64,000 bases of DNA from assembly GCA_963664405.1 (NCBI GenBank), contig OY761158.1, positions 4,804,556 to 4,868,555 of the forward strand. Direction: 5' to 3'. How positions within the stretch are numbered: position 1 is the first letter of the stretch; each line of letters opens with the position of its first letter. This document shows positions 39,795 to 48,975 of the stretch, in pieces. The position numbers and the translations under genes are program-made. Origin of the DNA: Thermoanaerobaculia bacterium (GTDB lineage: Bacteria > Acidobacteriota > Thermoanaerobaculia > Multivoradales > Multivoraceae). The notes beneath the pieces are model-generated. The model was not told the origin of the DNA and did not search any database. It saw only the letters and a program-made list of their open reading frames with translations.

Positions 39795-40564
39795 ACAACA
39801 CCGACCAAGAGCGTGCCACAGCCCTGAAACTCCATGGCCTCCTAGCCCACTGGGATGAGGTCGCCAACCAACCCTGGCTCCCCGACCTGCTCGACTGGGA
39901 AGAGCAGGAGCGAGCCCGTCGCGGACTGGAGCGACGCCTGGGTCGGGCCCGGCTCGGCACCTTCAAGCCGCTGGCCGACTTCGACTGGAATTGGCCCAAG
40001 AAGATCGACCGCGAGCAGATCGAAGATCTCTTTCGGCTCGAGTGGCTCGCCCGAGGGCACAACGCTGTCTTGATAGGGCCAAACGGCATCGGCAAGACGC
40101 TCATTGCCAAGAATCTCGCCCATCAAGCCGTACTACGTGGAGCCACCGCCCGATTCCTCACCGCCTCGGAGCTGCTCAACACCCTCGCCGAACAAGACTC
40201 CTCGACCAGCCTTCAGCGCAAGCTCGCGCTCTTTGCGCGCCCATCCCTGCTCTGCATTGACGAGCTCGGATATCTGTCCTACGACACGCGCCACGCCGAT
40301 CTACTTTTCGAGGTCGTTTCCCGCAGGTACGAAAATAAGTCCCTTCTCATCACCACAAACAAGTCCTTTGGAGAATGGGGAGAGGTCTTCCCCAACGCTA
40401 CTACCGTCGTCACCATCGTCGATCGCCTCGTCCATCGCTGCGAGCTCGTCAACATCGAGGGCGATTCCTATCGGCTCAAGGAGTCCAAGGAGCACGCCAA
40501 GAAGCGCGCTTCGGCCCGCCGAAGCGGCACTCGCCCTCGACGGCGCAGTGCGAAGACCTCGTGA
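39791..40564 (+). CDS. istB: IS21-family helper ATPase IstB
   Basis: NAVLIGPNGIGKTLIAKNLA Walker A. LLCIDELGY Walker B. 4-nt overlap with istA. Confidence 0.85.
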   Translation: MNNTDQERATALKLHGLLAHWDEVANQPWLPDLLDWEEQERARRGLERRLGRARLGTFKPLADFDWNWPKKIDREQIEDLFRLEWLARGHNAVLIGPNGIGKTLIAKNLAHQAVLRGATARFLTASELLNTLAEQDSSTSLQRKLALFARPSLLCIDELGYLSYDTRHADLLFEVVSRRYENKSLLITTNKSFGEWGEVFPNATTVVTIVDRLVHRCELVNIEGDSYRLKESKEHAKKRASARRSGTRPRRRSAKTS

Positions 40565-40914
40565 TCCGACAGGAGTATCGCGCCGAGCTCATCCGCCTCT
40601 ACCTCGACGCTCCTAAAACCCCGCCTAGACCTCGGCGCCGAGACTGGGCCATCGCCGACAAGCTCTATCAAGCCAACGTCCCCCTCGAAGAGCTTGCCCA
40701 TGCCATTCGACTCGCCACCTTGCGACGGCGCCTCAGCACCGATCCGCTGCCGCAGATTCACTCACTTGCCTACTACCGCTCCGTACATCGAGCCCTGACC
40801 AACGACGAGCTCGACCCTCAATACGTCCGCTACATCCTCCTTCGGCACCGGTCCCTTCTCGAGGAGGATGAAACCAAAAGCGCCACTACACAGCCGGAAT
40901 CCCGCACTTTATGA
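40560..40914 (+). CDS. Hypothetical ~118-aa ORF with GTG start overlapping the istB stop (possible IS passenger gene)
   Basis: Frame reads VIRQEYRAELIRLYLDAPKTPPRPRRRDWAIADKLYQANVPLEELAHAIRLATLRRRL... Non-repetitive. GTGA overlap with istB. Confidence 0.3.
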
Positions 40915-41136
40915 CCGCCGATAACAACCTTGGATGCCCGCGCGACGTCGACCTGATGACTCCAGTCCACGCGCTTGCCCGTCGGGGAGATGTAGCTCCC
41001 TCGGGAGACCGCCTCGACGGCGGATCTGCCGAGGGCGGCGGCCGTGTCGCGGGGGATGTCCAGTTCCCGCCGGCAAGCGTCGGCCATCGTGTCCGAGTCG
41101 GAACAGGGGAGTATCTTCAGCAACGGCAGTTCCCTC

Positions 41137-41562
41137 TCATCTGCCAAGCCAACTCTCCAAAGCCGCGAGCTGACCTGGTAGCGGAGCGATCCGTGCTCCC
41201 AAGGAGCGCAGCTTCGCCACCGCATCCTGCGCCGCGAGCCCCTCGCGGCGCGCCAGGTACGCAGCTAGCACCACCCCCGTTCGCTCTCGGCCCGCCCGAC
41301 AGTGGACGTACATCCCGTCGATCCGATCGTGGTGTCTCGACAGCACCTGCCAAGACCGATCGAGAGTCTCCGGGCTTGGTGCATTCATATCCACGATCGG
41401 TAGGCTGACGCGCTCGATGCCGCACCACCGAGTCGCCGCGACCGCCTCACGTCCGTAGCGTCCGGTGCTATTCCGAACAACGTACGGCTTGTAGAGGTGC
41501 GACCCACTTCGAAGCGCTGGATCTCGTTTGCCCAAGTATCTGCGAAGTGCCTGTTGCGTCAA
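41137..41562 (-). CDS. Dual-specificity/Tyr protein phosphatase-like protein (CX5R motif)
   Basis: VHCRAGRERTGVVLAAYL contains HC-X5-R. 4-nt overlap with the upstream gene. Confidence 0.5.
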   Translation of the reverse strand: MTQQALRRYLGKRDPALRSGSHLYKPYVVRNSTGRYGREAVAATRWCGIERVSLPIVDMNAPSPETLDRSWQVLSRHHDRIDGMYVHCRAGRERTGVVLAAYLARREGLAAQDAVAKLRSLGARIAPLPGQLAALESWLGR

Positions 41563-42359
41563 TCAAGTGGCAGCGAAGTCTGTTGCTGCCTCGGCGGCCA
41601 AAACGTGCCGAGCACGAGCCATGTGTTGTGCGGGAAGTAGGTGCCGACGAAGAACCTGGTGTCTCTGCCTGGGGCGCATATCTCGTCCAAGAACTTCTTC
41701 TTCACTGATTCAGCAGCCGCCTCGTCGTTTCCAAGTCGCTCCCTCTCCTTGAGGAACAGAACCCCCAGTTCCCAATCCTCGTTGAGCATCTCGTGAGGCT
41801 TTGGACTGTCTTCGCACTCGAACACGTATTTGAACTTGAATGGAATCTTCGCGAGAGGCTTGGGTGGCGGTCCGAAGAGACGGGTCTGGGAGTAGATCTT
41901 CTGCCACTCGGGCTTCCACTCCGGATCAGCAGGCTCCACTTTCAGGTCGACTACGCGCGAGGGACGCACCACTCCAAGTGACGTTTGATCTTGCTCGTAG
42001 AGGGCTCGCAGTTCGAGTATCGTTCGGTGCGGCAGTGCGTCGATGATGGCCCGTCGGCTTGCCCAAGCGTTTTCGGTGCCTAGCGGCGGTGCGACGACTT
42101 CGATCGAATCAAGCAGAGGTCGACGACTCTCTCGACGATGGTCGTTGCCGGCTCCGCTGAGCTCGAGGTCGACATCGATCCACTGGTACTTCCGAAACCG
42201 CTGATCCGGTGGTCGGTATCGGTAGTCAATCGGATAAAGCCTTACCCAGTCGAGGGCCTCGGTCACGCCTGCCGTACAGACGACCTCATCGTATCTGGCT
42301 GAAGGGTGCGGGTAGGTCATGACCGTGATCAGTACGCGGAGTCGTTCGATGTCACCCAT
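41559..42359 (-). CDS. Hypothetical protein (266 aa), middle gene of a translationally coupled trio
   Basis: Overlaps both neighbours by 4-8 nt. No motif assigned. Confidence 0.45.
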   Translation of the reverse strand: MGDIERLRVLITVMTYPHPSARYDEVVCTAGVTEALDWVRLYPIDYRYRPPDQRFRKYQWIDVDLELSGAGNDHRRESRRPLLDSIEVVAPPLGTENAWASRRAIIDALPHRTILELRALYEQDQTSLGVVRPSRVVDLKVEPADPEWKPEWQKIYSQTRLFGPPPKPLAKIPFKFKYVFECEDSPKPHEMLNEDWELGVLFLKERERLGNDEAAAESVKKKFLDEICAPGRDTRFFVGTYFPHNTWLVLGTFWPPRQQQTSLPLD

Positions 42360-43239
42360 CGATTGTCAACTCAGGCTGGCCTTGGAGCCGCAGGTCGAGC
42401 ATGGGCATCTGCAGCCGGCTGGCCATCTTCGCCGCAAGTCGATGCCGATGGCAGTGTGCAGGTAGCCTCTCTGAGCAGAGGAGAACAGAGGCACTGCTGG
42501 TCATCAGCTCCTCGAGAGAGCTTAGTTGCCTGGAGGCCTTGGCTAGGACGTCGGTCTCATACCGCTCGAAGAGGCGAGGCAGATCCTCAATTCGGAGATC
42601 TCTTCGCCATTCTCCGGGGATGCCAAGCGTAGGAAAGTGCTCATACCGTAGGCCCAGGTTCTCGCAGAGGCGGCTGAGCGTGCTGCGATGAAAACCGTAG
42701 CGTCTAGAGATCGGATTGTGTCGCGTGTCGATGAGAGTCTGGATGCCGTTTCGAAGGAGCAGATTCAGCAGGCCGTCGACAGGGAGACCTTCATAGCCAA
42801 CGGTATAGATCGCAGGCGCGGCCGTAGGCCGAAGCATCCGTCGGCGCCTTCGGTCTCGAGCATTCACCGTGTACCACGGATAACGCTTGTAGATACTGGC
42901 GATCAGTTCGTCCGTAGAACGGTTCCCAAGCTCCTCCACGAAGGCCCGGATCGCCTTAGCATGACCGGGCGTTGGGCGAGGTCGAGCTCGTTGGCCGTAA
43001 GGAGTCAGCCGCAGTCGATCGCTTTGGGTCTTGACGATACCTTTCGATTCGAGCTTGCTGAGCTCGTGGTAGAGAACGAAAGAGAAGGGCCCGAATCTGT
43101 AAGGTACGAAGTCGTAGAAGCGATCCTCGAATCCCAGATCATGTCTCAAGAGGAACACAGACTTCACAAGTCGAAGAAGGTCTACTGGACCGCCGGAAGC
43201 GGCAAGTAGTTCGAGTATAAGCCTTTGTCGATTAAGCAC
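42352..43239 (-). CDS. Fusion of an N-terminal Panacea-like (DUF4065-like, tentative) domain with a C-terminal DUF488 domain
   Basis: N-terminal LLRLVKSVFLLRHDL...YDFVPYRFGPFSFVLYHELSKLESKGIV. C-terminal IYTVGYEGLPVDGLLNLLLRNGIQTLIDTRHNPISRRYGFHRSTLSRLCENLGLRY...ASVLLCSERLPAHCHRHRLA (DUF488). Confidence 0.45.
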   Translation of the reverse strand: MLNRQRLILELLAASGGPVDLLRLVKSVFLLRHDLGFEDRFYDFVPYRFGPFSFVLYHELSKLESKGIVKTQSDRLRLTPYGQRARPRPTPGHAKAIRAFVEELGNRSTDELIASIYKRYPWYTVNARDRRRRRMLRPTAAPAIYTVGYEGLPVDGLLNLLLRNGIQTLIDTRHNPISRRYGFHRSTLSRLCENLGLRYEHFPTLGIPGEWRRDLRIEDLPRLFERYETDVLAKASRQLSSLEELMTSSASVLLCSERLPAHCHRHRLAAKMASRLQMPMLDLRLQGQPELTIDG

Positions 43240-43470
43240 TTAGGACTTCCATCCAGCTTCTCTATCTAGGAGCCTAACGTTGGAGATTGTCTCATGAGCA
43301 AGGCTTCGAGAGGTAGGCTGAGTCCTCGCATTTCTGAGCAGTTCCTCCTCTGATGAAGACGCAATCGAGGCTGAGAACCTTGCTGGGGCCTTGGGTCGCG
43401 TCAGACCGCGGGTCTCGGATCGCTGCTCCGATGAAGAGGGTGGCACCTCCTATGGGGTAACGCGCTGGAC

Positions 43471-44301
43471 TCAATCTTCGAGCATCCGCTCATGCCCGGA
43501 AGGACACTGTCCCCGAATGCAGTCGTGAAAGCCATCTTCGAACACATCCCAGCTGATCCAGTGGTCGCCACAGTAGCTTGCCTTACATTTCGGGCAGTAG
43601 AAGGATGCCCATTCGAGATTGAGCTCGTAGATGGATTGGGCGTCCTTTCGGAGGAGCGCGTCGCGCAGTCTCTCGAACTGGTCCGACTTGATTCGGCCTC
43701 CTAGGTGGCTGGTAAAACTCACGCGCTTGATCTCTGGGCTTGCAGATGTGCCCATCAACTGAATCGTGCCGGCGGACTTGTTGCAGATCGCGCAGTTGAA
43801 CTCGGCTTCGGCGATCGGCGCTGCGTCGGCTTCGTCAGCCTGCGCTGCGGGACGCCTAATCTCCTCTACATACGCGTCGACGATGTCCACGAACTTCGAA
43901 TGACCAATCAGTAGCTCTGCCCCGCAACTTCGGAGAAGGACCAGCGGGAGGCCAACATCACCTGCCTTGCTGGCCATTGCCTCGACGAGATCGTTGTACT
44001 CCTCGAGCCAGGGGAGGAACGATTCACCCATGTGGGCCAGTCGGTCAGCCAGGTAGCTGGTCTTCGTCTCCTCCGTCTCCGACAGACGGGCCGCGACAAA
44101 GACCTCCAATTCGTTTCGACAGAAACGCTCGAAAGTTGAATCGAAGGAGTCCAGCAGGCCCTGAATGTTTGAAGTGTCGTGACCCGATGCCAATAGGTGG
44201 GCCAGCTCGGCCTTGATGAAGCCGACGTTGACACGGATCCAGACAACGTGTCGCTGCCAGCTTGCAGCGAGAGCGGAGGTGCGATTGACGGCTTCGCCCA
44301 T
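43471..44301 (-). CDS. Hypothetical protein with C-terminal Cys-rich Zn-ribbon-like region
   Basis: FNCAICNKS...FYCPKCKASYCGDHW...HDCIRGQCPSGH. 25 nt downstream of the HD gene. Confidence 0.4.
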   Translation of the reverse strand: MGEAVNRTSALAASWQRHVVWIRVNVGFIKAELAHLLASGHDTSNIQGLLDSFDSTFERFCRNELEVFVAARLSETEETKTSYLADRLAHMGESFLPWLEEYNDLVEAMASKAGDVGLPLVLLRSCGAELLIGHSKFVDIVDAYVEEIRRPAAQADEADAAPIAEAEFNCAICNKSAGTIQLMGTSASPEIKRVSFTSHLGGRIKSDQFERLRDALLRKDAQSIYELNLEWASFYCPKCKASYCGDHWISWDVFEDGFHDCIRGQCPSGHERMLED

Positions 44302-44325
44302 GATCGTGCTCCGGCTGGCGAGCCC

Positions 44326-44922
44326 TCACGCCAGTGGTGCACCTCGAAGCTCTTCCAGCGACCGCCTCAGCTCCGCCACGAGCGATGGATGGCTCTTTCC
44401 CATTCGATCTCGATAGACCTCGTAGAGCGACTCGTAGTACCAGAGGGTCATCTTCTTCGGCTTCCCGAAGCGGCGCCAGATCTTGCCGGCGATCTGATCG
44501 TGATCGCGCCGGATGGCGCCGAGGTTGTGGACTTTGTCGGCAAGTGAGACCAGGAGGAAGTCTTTCGACCTGGCTGTTCTCAAATGTTCGATGTAGCTCG
44601 TCTTCCGCTGCTTCCACGCCGGTTTGGGGTCCTCGAAGGTGTCGGTGCAGGCCTCCACCATCCTGGCCACGCGTTTGCCGAATAGGTGCTCGATCTCTTT
44701 GAGAGTAGCTTCGCCGCCCTGGTCTTCGGGTGCGTCGTGTAGCAGGGCGGCGATCGCCTGGTCTTCGTCGCCGCCGTGCTCGAGAACGATGGCGGTGACA
44801 GCCAGAAGATGCGCGAAGTAGGGGATCTCTGTGCCCTTCCTCTTCTGGCCATGGTGCAGCCCCCTCGCGTAGGCGAGAGCCTCCGTGAATCGGGGTCCTG
44901 GATCTTTCGTCATTGCTTCCAT
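44326..44922 (-). CDS. HD-domain (p)ppGpp-hydrolase-like small alarmone hydrolase (RelA/SpoT HD family)
   Basis: ARGLHHGQKRKGTEIPYFAHLLAVTAIVLEHGGDEDQAIAALLHDAPED matches AHxGQxRKxGxPYxxHxLxVAxIL...AALLHDxxED. Start chosen at MEAMTKD. Confidence 0.6.
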   Translation of the reverse strand: MEAMTKDPGPRFTEALAYARGLHHGQKRKGTEIPYFAHLLAVTAIVLEHGGDEDQAIAALLHDAPEDQGGEATLKEIEHLFGKRVARMVEACTDTFEDPKPAWKQRKTSYIEHLRTARSKDFLLVSLADKVHNLGAIRRDHDQIAGKIWRRFGKPKKMTLWYYESLYEVYRDRMGKSHPSLVAELRRSLEELRGAPLA

Positions 44923-45198
44923 TATAGGGAGCGGCCGCGGGGACGGGCTCGTAGCCAGCTGGGCTGAAGTTTCTCGACTTTTTCTCCCAGAACACTTGAC
45001 AAGGTTTTTCGGGCCTTTCGGTCCCCACCGTGATGTCGCTTCTAGAACCGGTCGCAGGGCCACCAGCTTCTCCTGTGCGGGGCGTCCGAAGACGGGCAGA
45101 AGATTTGCCCTTTGTCGGCCCGCGTTCGGCCTCGCATGGGAGCTTCAAGTCCCTCGAAAAACAGGGGTTATGATGGTTCGATCGACCTGGAGAGAACG

Positions 45199-46506
45199 AT
45201 GAGACAAGAACCCACCGCCCTATCGCCCAGCCCCGTTCCGCCGCTCCCCGAGTGCCCTGTCGAAGACCTCGGCGAACAGATCGCCGAGCTGTCAGCCCAG
45301 ATTCAGGCGGCAAACTACTGCCTTCTGGTACTGATCCGTCAATTCGACGACCGAGGCGGTTGGAACGTGGGCTTCGCCTCCTGCGCCCACTGGCTCAACT
45401 GGCGCACAGGCCTGGCCCTCGGGGCGTCGCGCGAGAAGGTTCGCGTGGCCCATGCGCTGGGCGAGCTGCCGCTTCTGAGCGAGTCGATGAGCCGAGGCGA
45501 GCTGTCGTACTCGAAGATTCGTGCACTGACCCGGGTCGCAACGCCGGAGAACGAAGAGGAGCTCCTCACCTTTGCGCGCTGCGGGAGTGCAGCCCATGTC
45601 GAGAGGCTGGTGCGAGCGTGGCGGCGGGTCGATCGGATCGCGGACCAGGAGGAAGAGCAGCGACGACACGCGAGCCGATCGGTCGATGCCTTCTTCGACG
45701 ACGACGGCATGCTTGTGATCAGAGGCCGTCTCGATGCCGAGGCGGGCGCGGTGGTGATGCGGGCGTTGGAGGCGGCTTCGGAAGCTCTCTACCAATCGAC
45801 GGAAGAGAAGGTCGAGATCCCAGTCGGTCAACGCCGGGCTGATGCCCTTCAACTCCTCGCTGAGAGCGCCCTCGCGCACGAGCTCGATCGCGGCACTTCT
45901 GGCGACCGCTATCAGGTGGTGGTGCACGTCGATGCCGAGACTCTGGCCGACGCCGACAGCTCGGGGATCTCGGTGCTCGAGGATGGGCAGCACGTTCCCG
46001 CGGGAACGTCGCAGCGCCTGGCCTGCGACGCCGGCAAGGTGGTGGTGCGCCACGCCAGAGACGGCACGGTGCTCGACGTGGGGCGCAAGACGCGCACTGT
46101 CTCACCCGCCATTCGCCGTGCCTTGAATACCAGAGACCAGATCTGCCGCTTTCCGGGGTGCCAGTCGAAGTTCTGCGAGGCCCATCACGTCAAACACTGG
46201 GCACAGGGGGGGGAAACTCGTCTCGATAACCTGGTTCTGCTGTGTCGGCGCCACCACCGAGCCGTTCATGAGGAGGGCTTTTCGATGAAGCTCGCGGAGG
46301 GCGAGGTCTCCTTCTACTGGCCGAATGGGCGGCCCATGCCACAGGCGCCGTCGGCTCCAACGTTGGCAGGTGAGCCTTTGGAGCTGCTCCTGCGCCTCCT
46401 TGAGCAACAAGGAATCAAGATCGATGCGGAGAGCGGGCTTCCGGATTGGGATGGGGAGTCTTTCGACCTCGAGTGGGCGGTCGACGCTCTGCGATTGATC
46501 AATTGA
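45199..46506 (+). CDS. DUF222-HNH endonuclease (REP13E12-like repeat-family protein)
   Basis: N-terminal DUF222-like AANYCLLVLIRQFDDRGGW. HNH: CRFPGCQSKFCEAHHVKHWAQGGETRLDNLVLLCRRHHRAVHEEGF. Its last ~55 codons recur 3 more times in the window. Confidence 0.7.
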   Translation: MRQEPTALSPSPVPPLPECPVEDLGEQIAELSAQIQAANYCLLVLIRQFDDRGGWNVGFASCAHWLNWRTGLALGASREKVRVAHALGELPLLSESMSRGELSYSKIRALTRVATPENEEELLTFARCGSAAHVERLVRAWRRVDRIADQEEEQRRHASRSVDAFFDDDGMLVIRGRLDAEAGAVVMRALEAASEALYQSTEEKVEIPVGQRRADALQLLAESALAHELDRGTSGDRYQVVVHVDAETLADADSSGISVLEDGQHVPAGTSQRLACDAGKVVVRHARDGTVLDVGRKTRTVSPAIRRALNTRDQICRFPGCQSKFCEAHHVKHWAQGGETRLDNLVLLCRRHHRAVHEEGFSMKLAEGEVSFYWPNGRPMPQAPSAPTLAGEPLELLLRLLEQQGIKIDAESGLPDWDGESFDLEWAVDALRLIN

Positions 46507-46590
46507 GGCACGAGCTCTGACCTACCTAGCCGGGCACCTGAGAGGAGCGCGAGGAGGCCGCGGTATCGTCCTCTCTGATAGGGTTTTGGC

Positions 46591-46791
46591 ATGACTAGGG
46601 TAGCCGAGTTGGAGCGGGCCGTTCGTGACCTGTCTCCCGAGGATCTCCGCCGATTCCGCGAGTGGTTTGTCGAGTTCGATGCCGAGCTCTGGGAACGTCA
46701 GCTTGAGCGCGACATCGACGCCGGCCGACTCGATAGTCTTTCCGAAGAGGCCCGGACCGAGCACCGTGAGGGGCGCACCCGGCCTCTGTGA
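46591..46791 (+). CDS. Small 66-aa protein resembling the putative addiction-module component family (Unstab_antitox/TIGR02574-like). Orphan.
   Basis: ELERAVRDLSPEDLRRFREWFVEFDAELWERQLERDIDAGRLDSLSEEA. A ~170-bp copy of its 5' part recurs at 48595-48765. Confidence 0.4.
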   Translation: MTRVAELERAVRDLSPEDLRRFREWFVEFDAELWERQLERDIDAGRLDSLSEEARTEHREGRTRPL

Positions 46792-46839
46792 ATCATTTCG
46801 CAACCGAGCGGCTCATCTCCTAGCCTGGCCCGGGCGGCG

Positions 46840-47002
46840 CATGCCACAGGCGCCTTCGACGCCAATGTTGGCGGGTGAGCCCCTGGAGCTGCTGCTGCGC
46901 CACCTCGAGCGGCAGGGGATCAAAGTCGACGATTCGAGTGGGCTTCCTGATTGGGATGGGAGTCTTTCGATCTCGAGTGGGCGGTCGATTCTCTGCGGTT
47001 GA
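46840..47002 (+). repeat. Isolated copy of the last ~160 bp of the DUF222-HNH gene (no gene body)
   Basis: ATGCCACAGGCGCC...TTGGCGGGTGAGCCCCTGGAGCTGCTGCTGCGCCACCTCGAGCGGCAGGGGATCAAAGTCGAC...TGATCAACTGA. Confidence 0.65.
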
Positions 47003-47082
47003 TCAACTGACACTCGGCGGGCGCTCCGAGCGCATCGCCGCACGCGAGGGGAGCGCACCCGTAAACCGGTCGGAGGGATGTT

Positions 47083-47421
47083 TCATCGGCGGGCGCTCTC
47101 GGTCTCCGCCATCACCCAGTCCCGGTAGTCGTCGTTCACGTACGCGACCTCTACGCCAAGGATGGCTGGCACCTCGTACGGGTGCAGCGCCTTGACCTGC
47201 TCGATCACCCTCTCGTATAGGGCGGCGCGAGTTCTCAGGCGCAGCGGAACCTCTGTTTTCCGCTCGATCTGACCCTCCCACCGATAGGTGCTGCGGATCG
47301 CCGGGTAGATGTTCGAGGCCGCGACGAGCCGGTCGCCGAGGAGGTGCTCCGAAATAGCCTCGGCAACTGCCTCGTCCGGGCAGTTGATCCATATGTCGAC
47401 GATGTCCATGGCTTCAGTCAT
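47083..47421 (-). CDS. cutA: CutA divalent-cation tolerance protein
   Basis: IWINCPDEAVAEAISEHLLGDRLVAASNIYPAIRSTYRWEGQIE...LHPYEVPAI. Confidence 0.75.
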   Translation of the reverse strand: MTEAMDIVDIWINCPDEAVAEAISEHLLGDRLVAASNIYPAIRSTYRWEGQIERKTEVPLRLRTRAALYERVIEQVKALHPYEVPAILGVEVAYVNDDYRDWVMAETESARR

Positions 47422-47444
47422 GCCCGAACACCGAGGAGGACTCC

Positions 47445-48542
47445 TTATGAACCGGGTTTGCCCACGATTTTGCGCACCATCTCTCGGATGACGGGACTTT
47501 GCTCTCGAATATTCAGTACGGAGGTTGCCGTCATGATCACCCCTGCCACTTCGAATTCAAAGTCTATCCAGGGAGTCGTTCCCCCGGCCCCGGGATCGGC
47601 GACTTCGAGAATGTTGCCTTCGCTGTCCACGCGAAGAATCCACGAGCCAAGTCCATATCCGAGAAAGCTGGCCCCGCGCCCGGCGGCGTAGGCGACTTCC
47701 GCCCCATGGGTCTGATCGACTCGCAGCATTTCATGCACCGAGTCGGAGGAGAGCACGCGTTTGCCTTCGAACACTCCGTCGTTCGCCAACATGCGCATGA
47801 ACCTGATGTAGTCGTTCAGCGTAGTTGCGATGCCGCCGGCAATGTGAGGGTTGAGGGTTGGCCGCGAATCGAAGTGAGAGCCGATCAGGCTTCCCCGCTC
47901 CGTTCCATTCTCGACGTAGACGAGGTTCCCATGGTAGGTGTCGGCCAGACCGAGCGGGCCGGTGAGCTTCTCGCCGAAAATCTGATGCCAGGGCTTCCCA
48001 GTGGCCATCTCGGCTACCCGAGCCGCAGTCTGGAAGTGCCATCCGCCGTATTGGAACTTCTCTCCGGGAGGATGCAAAAGATCCACATCCGCCACTCTTT
48101 CGACGCACTGCTTCAGGGTGATGGACGTGTCTTTGAGCCAATTCCGCGGAATCGAATTGGAGATCCCGGTCATGCACGACAAACCATGGCGGATGGTCAT
48201 TGACGCTTTGTCGCCGGTAAACAGCGGAATGTAGTCCGAAACTTTGGCATCGAGCGAAAAGACGCCGTCGTCCACCAGAGCCAAGACCGGCGTGACCGCG
48301 AACCACTTGGAAGCCGAGGCGATGGGCAATACGGTGTCGGCTTGGAACGCGCCGAAAACTTCCTTGTAAATGACGCGGTCGTTTTTGATCAGCGCCATGG
48401 CCGCGCCTTTCATAGCCCTCTCATCCACCATCCGCTGGACGAATTCAGTCACCGAAGAGAAGTCGTAGCGTGCGTCCGCAGGATGGGCCGCGCTGGAAAC
48501 GGCAAGAAGCAAGACCAGAAGACCCGGGATGACTCTCGACAC
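47445..48542 (-). CDS. Secreted beta-lactamase-family serine hydrolase
   Basis: Signal peptide. SxxK motif IASASKWF. 365 aa. Confidence 0.7.
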   Translation of the reverse strand: MSRVIPGLLVLLLAVSSAAHPADARYDFSSVTEFVQRMVDERAMKGAAMALIKNDRVIYKEVFGAFQADTVLPIASASKWFAVTPVLALVDDGVFSLDAKVSDYIPLFTGDKASMTIRHGLSCMTGISNSIPRNWLKDTSITLKQCVERVADVDLLHPPGEKFQYGGWHFQTAARVAEMATGKPWHQIFGEKLTGPLGLADTYHGNLVYVENGTERGSLIGSHFDSRPTLNPHIAGGIATTLNDYIRFMRMLANDGVFEGKRVLSSDSVHEMLRVDQTHGAEVAYAAGRGASFLGYGLGSWILRVDSEGNILEVADPGAGGTTPWIDFEFEVAGVIMTATSVLNIREQSPVIREMVRKIVGKPGS

Positions 48543-48594
48543 GAGCTGCCTCCTTTCTGAGGTTGCGACGGTTCAGTACAGGCTATCAATCTAC

Positions 48595-48765
48595 CCGGCT
48601 TCGTCCTCTCTGATAGGTTTTTGGAGCCGAGTTGGAGCGGGCTGTTCGTGATCTGTCACCCGAGGATCTCCGCCGATTTCGCGAGTGGTTTGTCGAGTTC
48701 GACTCCGAGCTCTGGGAACGGCAGCTCGAGCGCGACATTGACGCCGGCCGGCTCGCTCGAAGACC
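48595..48765 (+). repeat. Second copy of the ~170-bp repeat covering the 5' part of the 46591 small ORF (start-codon region deleted)
   Basis: CGTCCTCTCTGATAGGTTTTTGG...AGCCGAGTTGGAGCGGGCTGTTCGTGATCTGTCACCCGAGGATCTCCGCCGATTTCGCGAGTGGTTTGTCGAGTTCGA... Confidence 0.6.
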
Positions 48766-48975
48766 AGCTGCCGATTGTCGTCGGGGAGAGCCGGTCGCGG
48801 CCGATCGTCCTGAGATGATGCCGCCTGGGAGAGGACGGCGATCAACAGGGTCGTCGATGCGAAATGTCTGATCGTGCTTTCCATGAGATCTCGATCCTAC
48901 CGGCTAGAAGGTGAGCACTACCCGGGTGTAGCGACCGGCTCTGGTATCTACTGTACGTGATAATGTACAGAAGCC

